DNA of 32,000 nt, taken from Sutcliffiella cohnii (GTDB lineage: Bacteria; Bacillota; Bacilli; Bacillales; Bacillaceae_I). The stretch's first letter is position 1. Each line of letters opens with the position of its first letter. Below the pieces are notes generated by a model. That model was not told where the DNA came from and ran no database searches. It was given only the letters and a program-made list of their open reading frames with translations. A program made the translations under genes and the position numbers. Of the stretch, positions 16,521-24,023 are shown one piece after another. The DNA lies in the NCBI RefSeq assembly GCF_002250055.1, contig NZ_CP018866.1, positions 3,870,869-3,902,868 on the forward strand, given 5' to 3'.

Positions 16521-17393
16521 CTACTCCCGTTTAAACCCTTCTCCTAACACTTCTGAAGCATTCATAACGACGACAAAAGCAGACGCATCAATGCTTTGCA
16601 CCACTTGTTTCAACTTTGTGAATTCTTGCTGATTTACTACACACATAAGCACCGGCTTTTCATTTAAAGTGTATCCACCATGGGCTGTTAGCTTTGTCAC
16701 ACCGCGATCTAATTTTGTTAGTATTGCTTCACGAACTTCCGCTTCTTTTTCGGAAATGATAATAATTGTCTTCGAATATCCGATACCGACTTGAACCATA
16801 TCAATTGTTTTACTTGTTACGTATAGAGATAAAAGCGCGTATAAACCAAGTTCAATATCAAAAACAATTGCAGCAGAAATTACAATTAAACCGTCGATAA
16901 TGGCAACGCACGTCCCTAGAGATAGCCCGGTATATTTATGTATAATTTGCGCTGCTAAGTCCGTTCCTCCTGTAGACGCTCTTCCTCTAAACACAAGCCC
17001 AAGCCCAATTCCGACCCCAATTCCTCCGAAAAGACTTGCAAGTAACGGATCCATCGTCGCAGGTTGAATATCTCTCGTCCATAAAACCATTAATGGAAGT
17101 GTTACCGTTCCTACTAACGTTTTTAATCCAAACTGACGTCCTAGTAAAACGACTCCTGCAAAAAATAGCGGAATATTAAAAGATAATTGAACGATACCAG
17201 GTTCCCAGCCTAACACTGCATTTAATATAGTACTAATTCCACTAACTCCACCCGATGCTACACGGTTAGGAAGTAAAAATAAATTAAAAGCTAACGCGAC
17301 AAAAGCCGCTCCGATAATAACGTACCCATATTCTTTCGCCCTTTGCATAAATGGGCTGTCTACTTTTCGATCATTCTTTTTACGTTTGCTCAA
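16521..17393 (-). CDS. yvjA: YitT-family membrane protein with C-terminal DUF2179 domain (YvjA-like)
   Basis: It has multiple transmembrane helices with GGVSGI and GGTDL motifs, and a soluble C-terminal domain. The track ORF starts with TTG at 17408, but that codon is part of the GGAGGGAG ribosome-binding site. The preferred start is TTG at 17393. The position between cccB and prfB matches B. subtilis yvjA. Confidence 0.85.
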   Translation of the reverse strand: MSKRKKNDRKVDSPFMQRAKEYGYVIIGAAFVALAFNLFLLPNRVASGGVSGISTILNAVLGWEPGIVQLSFNIPLFFAGVVLLGRQFGLKTLVGTVTLPLMVLWTRDIQPATMDPLLASLFGGIGVGIGLGLVFRGRASTGGTDLAAQIIHKYTGLSLGTCVAIIDGLIVISAAIVFDIELGLYALLSLYVTSKTIDMVQVGIGYSKTIIIISEKEAEVREAILTKLDRGVTKLTAHGGYTLNEKPVLMCVVNQQEFTKLKQVVQSIDASAFVVVMNASEVLGEGFKRE

Positions 17394-17565
17394 AGATGCT
17401 CCCTCCAACTACGCTAACATATAAACCACAAACAGAAAGAGTATAGCACGCACTTTTTTCGATGTAAACGATGCTCGAATAACGTGTTAAAGCGCTAAAA
17501 GTTAGTTTGTGGTAAGAGGGGGAATTTCATGCATGGGTAGAGGGGGAGGGTGGTGGGTTTTTACG

Positions 17566-18425
17566 GAAACCAGGCTTCGTTTTGTGTAGACCGAATGGTT
17601 TTTGTGCCAACTGAGTTCGGCTTTGTGCCAACCGGATTCGCTTTTGCGTCAATCGAGATCACTTTTGCGCCAATCGAGCTGGCTTTTGTGCCAACCGGAT
17701 TCGCTTTTGTGCCAACTGAGTTCATTTTTGCGCCAATCGAGCTGGCTTTTGTGCCAACCGGATTCGCTTTTGTGCCAACCGAGTTCACTTTTGCGTCAAT
17801 CGAGCTGGCTTTCGTGCCAACCGGATTCGCTTTTGTGCCAACCGAGTTCGGCTTTGTGCCAACCGGATTCGCTTTCACGCCAACTACAACACGGTTTCGG
17901 CCAAACTGACTTCCTTTCACGCCAACTGCAACGCGGTTTCGGCCAAACCGACTTCCTTTCACGCCAACTGCAACACGGTTTCGGCCAACTCGACTTCCTT
18001 TCACGCCAACTACAACGTGTTTTCGGCCAAACTGACTTCCTTTCACGCCAACTGCAACGCGGTTTCGGCCAACTCGACTTCCTTTCACGCCAACTACAAC
18101 ACGGTTTCGGCCAAACTGACTTCCTTTCACGCCAACTGCAACGCGGTTTCGGCCAAACCGACTTCCTTTCACGCCAACTGCAACGCGGTTTCGGCCAAAC
18201 CGACTTCCTTTCACGCCAACTACAACGTGTTTTCGGCCAACTCGACTTCCTTTCACGCCAACTGCAACGCGGTTTCGGCCAAACCGACTTCCTTTCACGC
18301 CAACTGCAACACTATTTCAGCCAACCGAACTCACTTATTGATGCACTTGCGGATTTAATTGACGCACACGGCCAATTTTTTGACGCAGCTGAAAAATTAA
18401 TTGACGCACTTGACGTTATTTTTAA
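17566..18425. repeat. 21-bp-period tandem array 2 (39 in-phase units plus ~2 degenerate leading units; three sequence families)
   Basis: 17607-18425 is exactly 39 x 21 bp with no phase slip. Family A (17607-17879) has 13 units such as CCAACCGGATTCGCTTTTGTG, with a 63-bp super-repeat. Family B (17880-18299) has ten 42-bp doublets. Family C (18300-18425) has six diverged units ending ...TTGA|CGCA. Four overlapping ORFs on both strands run through it. Confidence 0.95.
17880..18299. repeat. Family-B sub-array: ten near-identical 42-bp doublets
   Basis: The unit is CCAACT(A/G)CAAC(AC/GC/GT)G(G/T)TTTCGG CCAA(ACT/ACC/CTC)GACTTCCTTTCACG. All differences between copies fall at these few positions. 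Four of the ten copies contain the perfect palindromic hairpin CGGTTTCGGCCAAACCG. Confidence 0.95.
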
Positions 18426-18450
18426 CCCGCTAGCTTTCTTCCTTGCTGGC

Positions 18451-18485
18451 AAAAACAAAACCCCTGCCGCGTTGCACGACAAGGG
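18451..18485 (-). terminator. Rho-independent terminator after prfB
   Basis: On the minus strand the hairpin CCCTTGTCG...CGGCAGGGG (plus coordinates 18461-18485, includes G-U pairs) is followed by TTTTGTTTTT (18451-18460). It begins 12 nt after the stop codon. Confidence 0.7.
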
Positions 18486-18497
18486 TAGGAATGACAA

Positions 18498-19596
18498 TTA
18501 AATTTTTGAACGTAAATATGCATCAATGAACGGATCGAGTTCGCCGTCCATGACTGATTGTGTGTTTCCGATTTCTGTGTTGGTACGGTGATCTTTTACA
18601 AGGGAATAAGGGTGGAAAACATAGGAACGAATTTGACTTCCCCAGCCAATGTCTTTTTGTTCGCCACGGATTTCATCTAATTCCGCTTGTTGCTCTTCTA
18701 GTTTACGTTGATAAAGTTTTGCTTGGAGCATTTTCATCGCACGTTCACGGTTTTTAATTTGGGAACGTTCTGTTTGACACGTTACGACTACATTCGTTGG
18801 AATGTGTGTAATACGGACTGCGGAGTCAGTTGTGTTAATATGCTGACCACCTGCTCCACTTGCACGGTACGTATCAATTTTTAAATCTTCCGTGCGGATG
18901 TCGATTTCAATTTCATCATTAAACTCTGGCATTACGTCGCAAGATACGAACGACGTATGACGACGGCCGGATGAGTCAAATGGAGAAATACGTACAAGAC
19001 GGTGCACTCCTTTTTCTGCCTTCAAATACCCGTATGCGTTATGCCCTTTAATTAAAAGAGTTACGCTTTTAATTCCAGCTTCATCACCTGGAAGGTAATC
19101 TAACGTTTCTACTTTGAAACCTTTTTTCTCTGCCCAGCGTGTGTACATACGTAGTAGCATAGAGCCCCAGTCTTGAGATTCCGTTCCACCAGCGCCAGGA
19201 TGCAATTCTAAAATCGCATTATTTTTATCGTAAGGCTCGCTTAATAAAAGCTGTAGTTCAAATTTATTAAACTCACCTGTTAGTTCTTTTACTTCATTTA
19301 CTAGTTCAGCTAGCAGTTCTTCGTCTGGCTCTTCTTTCACTAGCTCATACGTTACATCTAAGTTTTCATAGCTTTCATGAAGTTCATGAAATTGACCAAC
19401 TGAATCTTTTAACGCATTCGCCTCACTAATTACTACTTGGGCTGCGTTTTGATCATCCCAAAAGTTAGGATGACTCATAAGCTCATCTAATTCGGCGACT
19501 CTCTTTTCCTTATGTTCTAAGTCAAAGAGACCCCCTAAAGTCCGCTAAACGTTTAGCCATTTTCTCAAGTTCGTTTCTAATTTCTGCAAGTTCCAT
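18498..19596 (-). CDS. prfB: Peptide chain release factor 2, expressed through a programmed +1 frameshift
   Basis: Frame 0 runs from ATG at 19596 ([24 protein letters not shown]) to an in-frame TGA at 19524-19522. The +1 frame continues [22 protein letters not shown]... into the 326-aa track ORF, which carries SPF and GGQ motifs. Confidence 0.95.
19521..19536 (-). promoter_or_regulatory. prfB: RF2 autoregulatory +1 frameshift site (SD-like AGGGGG, then CTT TGA C)
   Basis: The minus strand reads AGGGGG TCT CTT TGA C. AGGGGG is at plus coordinates 19531-19536 and CTTTGAC at 19521-19527. This is the canonical prfB recoding signal. Confidence 0.9.
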
Positions 19597-19671
19597 TCTG
19601 TTCACCTCTACAATTATTGTAACCATATCATATCATTTATGACGATTTTCTCCTAAATGCTTTACACCGGC

Positions 19672-19700
19672 AAAAAGGTGAGGCAATGAAAGCCCCACCT
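19672..19700 (-). terminator. Hairpin plus U-tract between secA and prfB
   Basis: AGGTGAGGC (19676-19684) pairs with GCCCCACCT (19692-19700), including one G-U pair, around a 7-nt loop. The minus strand is followed by TTTTTG. It starts 12 nt after the secA stop. Confidence 0.65.
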
Positions 19701-19712
19701 TCCTATCATATA

Positions 19713-22223
19713 TTAACGTCCGCAACATTGCTTATATTTTTTTCCGCTACCACAAATACATGGGTCGTTACGGCCAATATTAATAGCTTTTGTAACAGGA
19801 CGTTTTTTCGCTTTTTCTTTTCCGTCTTCGTTCGGTACAACAGCTGTACCTTTAGCTACTTCTTGACGCTCTAAATTGTTGCGAATTTGAGCTTTCATGA
19901 TGTATTTCGATACATCTTCTTCAATCGCAGCAATCATCGTTTCAAACATCGCGAAACCTTCCATTTGGTATTCACGTAACGGATCAATTTGACCGTAAGC
20001 ACGTAAATGAATTCCGCGACGAAGCTGATCCATTGCGTCGATATGGTCCATCCATTTACTATCAACTGCGCGAAGAACCACTACTTTTTCGAACTCGCGA
20101 ATTTGTTCTGGCTCTAGCTCTTGTTCTTTCTCGTCGTAGCGCGCGATTACTTTTTCCGTAATGAGCTCGATCATTTCTTCTGGCTCTTTACCACGTAAGT
20201 CGCCTTCAGTCACGTCGCCTTCCCTTAAAAGGTTTGCCTCTAAATAGTCGACAATTCCTTGTAAGTTCCATTCTTCTGGAAGGTCGGCAGCTGGCGTGTA
20301 TAGACGAACATTACGCTCGATAGTAGACTTTAACATTTTTTCAACGATTGAACGTAAATTTTCAGAATCTAATACTTCAAAACGTTGCTTGTAAATAACT
20401 TCACGTTGTTGACGCAGTACATCGTCGAATTGTAAAAGCTGTTTACGCGCATCGAAGTTGTTTCCTTCTACACGTTTTTGCGCTGATTCTACGGCACGAG
20501 ATACCATTTTACTTTGAATTGGTTGCGTATCGTCCATACCAAGTCGTTCCATCATATTTTTCATATTGTCAGAACCGAAGCGGCGCATTAATTCATCTTC
20601 CATGGAAAGGTAGAATTGCGTTACCCCTGGGTCTCCTTGACGACCGGAACGGCCACGAAGCTGGTTATCAATACGGCGTGATTCGTGACGCTCTGTACCG
20701 ATAACAGCAAGACCTCCCGCTTCTTTTACACCTTCGCCAAGCTTAATGTCTGTACCACGACCTGCCATATTTGTCGCGATCGTTACAGATCCTTTATGAC
20801 CTGCCTCTGCGATAATATCGGCTTCGCGAGCATGATTTTTCGCGTTTAAGACGTTATGTTTAATGCCACGTTTGTTAAGTAGCTTAGAAATAACTTCTGA
20901 CGTTTCAATCGCAACTGTACCAACAAGAACTGGTTGGCCTGCTTTATGGCGCTCTGCGATATCGTTCGCAACAGCATTATGCTTTCCTTCAATCGTTTTG
21001 AAAATTAAATCAGCACGGTCATCACGTGCGATCGGTCTGTTCGTAGGGATTGCGACAACGTTCATATTGTAAATGTTACGGAACTCTTCTTCTTCTGTTT
21101 TCGCTGTACCTGTCATACCAGAAAGCTTTTCGTACATACGGAAGTAGTTCTGGAACGTAATCGTTGCAAGTGTCATACTTTCGTTCTGAATTTCTACGCC
21201 TTCTTTCGCTTCAATCGCTTGGTGTAGTCCGTCAGAAAATCGACGACCTTTCATAAGACGACCAGTAAATTGGTCAACAATGACGATTTCGCCTTCTTGT
21301 ACAACGTAATCCACGTCATTATGCATCGTGACATGCGCCTTTAACGCTTGATTAATATGATGGTTTAACGCGACATGCTGGATGTCAAATAAGTTATCGA
21401 TTCCGAACGCTTTTTCCGCTTTCGAAATTCCGTCTTCTGTTAATTGAACACCTTTTGTCTTTTCGTCATATGTGTAATCTTCTTCCCGCTTTAACTGACG
21501 TACGAAACCGTTCGCTTGTAAGTAAAGAGCAGCGGATTTTTGAGCACTACCTGAAATAATTAATGGGGTACGCGCCTCATCAATTAAAATCGAGTCTACC
21601 TCATCAATAACAGCAAAATGAAGTGGGCGCTGTACCATTTGCTCTTTGTACAGCACCATGTTGTCACGTAAGTAATCAAAGCCTAATTCATTGTTCGTAC
21701 TATATGTAACATCTGCTTTATATGCTTCTATTTTTTCTTCACGTGTAAGTCCGTTTAAGTTTAATCCTACTGTTAAGCCAAGGAACTCAAAAAGTTGTCC
21801 CATTTCGTTCGCATCACGGCTTGCTAAATATTCGTTAACTGTAACAACGTGTACGCCTTTTCCAGTAAGAGCATTTAAATATACAGGTAGTGTTGAAGTT
21901 AATGTTTTACCTTCCCCTGTTTTCATCTCGGCGATATTTCCTTCATGAAGGGCAATCGCTCCCATTAACTGCACTTTGTATGGGTGTAAGCCTAAAACAC
22001 GACGTGCTGCTTCACGAACTACTGCAAATGATTCAACGAGTAGGTCATCTAACGTTTCGCCTTTTTGATAACGTTCTTTAAACTCTTCTGTTTTGGCACG
22101 CAATGCATCGTCGGAAAGCTTTTCCATATCACTGCTTAGCGCATCTATTTGGTCGGCCAATTTCTCTGATTTTTTAATTTGGCGCTTATTCATGTCAAAA
22201 ACTTTGTTCAATAATCCACGCAT
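19713..22223 (-). CDS. secA: Preprotein translocase ATPase SecA
   Basis: 836 aa, collinear with B. subtilis SecA. Shared features are MKTGEGKTL, the DEAD-like [19 protein letters not shown] block, [13 protein letters not shown] and the C-terminal zinc motif [14 protein letters not shown]. Confidence 0.98.
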   Translation of the reverse strand: MRGLLNKVFDMNKRQIKKSEKLADQIDALSSDMEKLSDDALRAKTEEFKERYQKGETLDDLLVESFAVVREAARRVLGLHPYKVQLMGAIALHEGNIAEMKTGEGKTLTSTLPVYLNALTGKGVHVVTVNEYLASRDANEMGQLFEFLGLTVGLNLNGLTREEKIEAYKADVTYSTNNELGFDYLRDNMVLYKEQMVQRPLHFAVIDEVDSILIDEARTPLIISGSAQKSAALYLQANGFVRQLKREEDYTYDEKTKGVQLTEDGISKAEKAFGIDNLFDIQHVALNHHINQALKAHVTMHNDVDYVVQEGEIVIVDQFTGRLMKGRRFSDGLHQAIEAKEGVEIQNESMTLATITFQNYFRMYEKLSGMTGTAKTEEEEFRNIYNMNVVAIPTNRPIARDDRADLIFKTIEGKHNAVANDIAERHKAGQPVLVGTVAIETSEVISKLLNKRGIKHNVLNAKNHAREADIIAEAGHKGSVTIATNMAGRGTDIKLGEGVKEAGGLAVIGTERHESRRIDNQLRGRSGRQGDPGVTQFYLSMEDELMRRFGSDNMKNMMERLGMDDTQPIQSKMVSRAVESAQKRVEGNNFDARKQLLQFDDVLRQQREVIYKQRFEVLDSENLRSIVEKMLKSTIERNVRLYTPAADLPEEWNLQGIVDYLEANLLREGDVTEGDLRGKEPEEMIELITEKVIARYDEKEQELEPEQIREFEKVVVLRAVDSKWMDHIDAMDQLRRGIHLRAYGQIDPLREYQMEGFAMFETMIAAIEEDVSKYIMKAQIRNNLERQEVAKGTAVVPNEDGKEKAKKRPVTKAINIGRNDPCICGSGKKYKQCCGR

Positions 22224-22390
22224 AGTAACGCTCCCTTTTCGATGTTGTTAATAAAAAGATTCTCGACAAATGGGAAAAATCCTTTTATTTCCGCTCATCT
22301 TTTATAACCATATTTATTCCTTTATTTTATCACTTCTTTATAGTGGGGACAACTTTCGGGTCGGATAGTGGCTGAGGAAGCAGAAAACAG

Positions 22391-22420
22391 AAAAAAATCG
22401 CCAAGTGTCACGTACTTGAC
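22391..22420 (-). terminator. Rho-independent terminator after the DoxX-like gene
   Basis: On the minus strand GTCAAGT pairs with ACTTGGC (one G-U pair) around a 7-nt loop, followed by GATTTTTTT (A7 at 22391-22397). Confidence 0.65.
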
Positions 22421-22429
22421 GAATGAAGA

Positions 22430-22969
22430 TTATTTTTCTGATTGATTCCATGGAGTACCTAAACGTGGAAGCGCCCATCTGTCTAAACCATACCAACCTG
22501 CTACTTTCCAAGCTAATACTAGCCAAGTCGCTAGGATGAAAAGAATTGGGTTGGTGCTTAGTGTCCCTGCGAATAAAAATGTGACGTTCATTAATGATCC
22601 AAAAAAAGCAGCAATTCCTGTTAGAAATCCAACAATTAGTCCTAAACCTACTAATACTTCACCGTAAGCTACTAAATAGGAGAACACTGTGGCATTTGGT
22701 AAAACAATATTTTCTAAAAACGCTGCGTACCAACCAGTTACATCTGGACCTTCTCCTGCTTTGGCGATTGCTCCTTTAATAAACCCTTCTATCGCAACAC
22801 CTGCGTTCTCTCCTGTCCAAGCATCTGACGTTACTTTCCCCCATCCTGCCTTTAACCATGCGTAACCAACATATAAGCGAACAATTAACCAAAATAGAGC
22901 AAGCTTTGTGCTGTTAAATAAATAATGAGAGACAGGATTTTCTGTAATTTCGATTGCATCTCGTTTCAT
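22430..22969 (-). CDS. DoxX-like polytopic membrane protein
   Basis: 179 aa with four hydrophobic helices. The VRLYVGYAWLKAGWGK and GE.LVGLGLI.G motifs resemble DoxX/DoxD-family proteins. I could not verify the family assignment. Confidence 0.6.
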   Translation of the reverse strand: MKRDAIEITENPVSHYLFNSTKLALFWLIVRLYVGYAWLKAGWGKVTSDAWTGENAGVAIEGFIKGAIAKAGEGPDVTGWYAAFLENIVLPNATVFSYLVAYGEVLVGLGLIVGFLTGIAAFFGSLMNVTFLFAGTLSTNPILFILATWLVLAWKVAGWYGLDRWALPRLGTPWNQSEK

Positions 22970-23090
22970 GACTACATTTCACATCCTTTTCTTCATTAAA
23001 TTCACCAATTCCATGCTAATTTATGTTGAAGTTGATACATTTGCTCCGTTTTTACCAGTTCAGCGGTAAATTTTATAATACAGTTTTTCC

Positions 23091-23126
23091 AAAAAAATAA
23101 AAAACCCCGATCAATTAAAATCGGGG
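23091..23126 (-). terminator. Rho-independent terminator after hpf
   Basis: CCCCGAT (23105-23111) pairs with ATCGGGG (23120-23126) around an 8-nt loop. The minus strand is followed by TTTTTTATTTTTTT. Confidence 0.85.
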
Positions 23127-23146
23127 TATTACGTTATTTTTATTTT

Positions 23147-23692
23147 TTAGTGAGCTTCAATTATACCGTATTTGCCGTCGTTTCGTTTGTAGACGACGTT
23201 TGTTTCGTTTGTAGCTGCGTTAAGGAATACGAAGAAGTTGTGGCCAAGCATGTTCATTTGTAAAATTGCTTCTTCGCTGTCCATCGGTTTTAAGTTGTAA
23301 CGTTTTGTACGTACTAACTCATCTTCTTCGTCTGCAACAGCAACACTACCATTTTCTACTGCTTCATTAAATAAGTATTTCGGAGCACCCGTATCACGTA
23401 GCTTACGGTTCACTTTTGTTTTATGTTTACGAATTTGGCGTTCCAATTTGTCGACTACTAGGTCGATTGCTGCATATAAATCGCTATGGCGTTCTTCAGC
23501 TCGTAACACTAGTCCAGTCATCGGAATCGTCACTTCAATTTTTTGTGTGTTGTTATTTACCTTTAAGTTTACTTTGCATTCTACCGTTTCTGTGGAATCA
23601 AAATATCTTTTGATTTTACCAATTTTGCTTTCCACATATTCACGGATTGCTGGAGTTACCTCAATGTTTTCACCGCGTACGTTGTACTTCAT
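23147..23692 (-). CDS. hpf: Long-form ribosome hibernation promoting factor
   Basis: 181 aa with an N-terminal S30AE/YfiA domain (MKYNVRGENIEVT...IREY) and a C-terminal dimerisation domain (KPM..EEA..QMN.LGH.FFVF). The position upstream of secA matches B. subtilis yvyD. Confidence 0.95.
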   Translation of the reverse strand: MKYNVRGENIEVTPAIREYVESKIGKIKRYFDSTETVECKVNLKVNNNTQKIEVTIPMTGLVLRAEERHSDLYAAIDLVVDKLERQIRKHKTKVNRKLRDTGAPKYLFNEAVENGSVAVADEEDELVRTKRYNLKPMDSEEAILQMNMLGHNFFVFLNAATNETNVVYKRNDGKYGIIEAH

Positions 23693-23813
23693 AAACGAAC
23701 TCCTCCTTTAAACTCTTGATAGAAAACATCTCTATCATTTTGCATATAACCGGGGATAATATACTACCTTCCCCTCACCTTTATTATAAAGGCTATGTAT
23801 ACATATTTCTACA

Positions 23814-23839
23814 ATACCCGCCTCCATTCCTGCTAAAAC
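23814..23839 (-). promoter_or_regulatory. SigB-type promoter upstream of hpf
   Basis: The minus strand reads GTTTTA (23839-23834), a 14-nt spacer, then GGGTAT (23819-23814). The consensus is GTTTAA-N12-15-GGGTAT. It lies about 120 nt upstream of the hpf ATG. B. subtilis yvyD is known to be SigB-dependent. Confidence 0.6.
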
Positions 23840-24023
23840 ATCGACATTTTTCAAACTTTTTGTGAAATAATTCCTTCTTCTGTATAAACTTCACATTTTC
23901 GTCAAATGGCAAGGCAGTTACGTAGTTGAATAAGTATATGCACTACATATGCGTTTCTTTCCTTAAAGGTGGAAGTTGTTTATTTTGTGACCATGTTTAG
24001 TATTTTTGCTGTAGAAACGTCAT

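Noticed and set aside
17880-18299. Family-B units as a CsrA-titrating sRNA (AAAGGAAG once per 42 nt on the minus strand)
   Set aside because: The GGA motif is on the minus strand only in family B. Family A and array 1 have GGA only on the plus strand, so the feature is not shared by the family. The local hairpin is intact in only 4 of 10 copies. There is no promoter evidence.
12903-18425. CRISPR arrays
   Set aside because: The units are contiguous with a 21-bp period and no unique spacers between repeats. No cas genes or leader are present.
18342-18425. TGACGC half-sites in family-C units as RacA (ram) or other centromere-like sites
   Set aside because: Only half of the 14-bp inverted repeat is present and no full palindrome occurs. 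The resemblance is too short to be meaningful.
17550-18501. Track ORFs 17550..17909 (+), 17561..18298 (-), 17602..18501 (+), 18017..18358 (+) and 18312..18497 (-) as real genes
   Set aside because: These are mutually overlapping translations of array 2. No frame is both open and consistent in sequence across all three unit families, except a Cys/Gln/Leu/Ser-rich frame. That frame has no start context and runs into the prfB terminator.
22338-22526. Minus-strand 62-aa ORF
   Set aside because: It overlaps the 3' end of the DoxX-like gene and its terminator in another frame. It has no ribosome-binding site.
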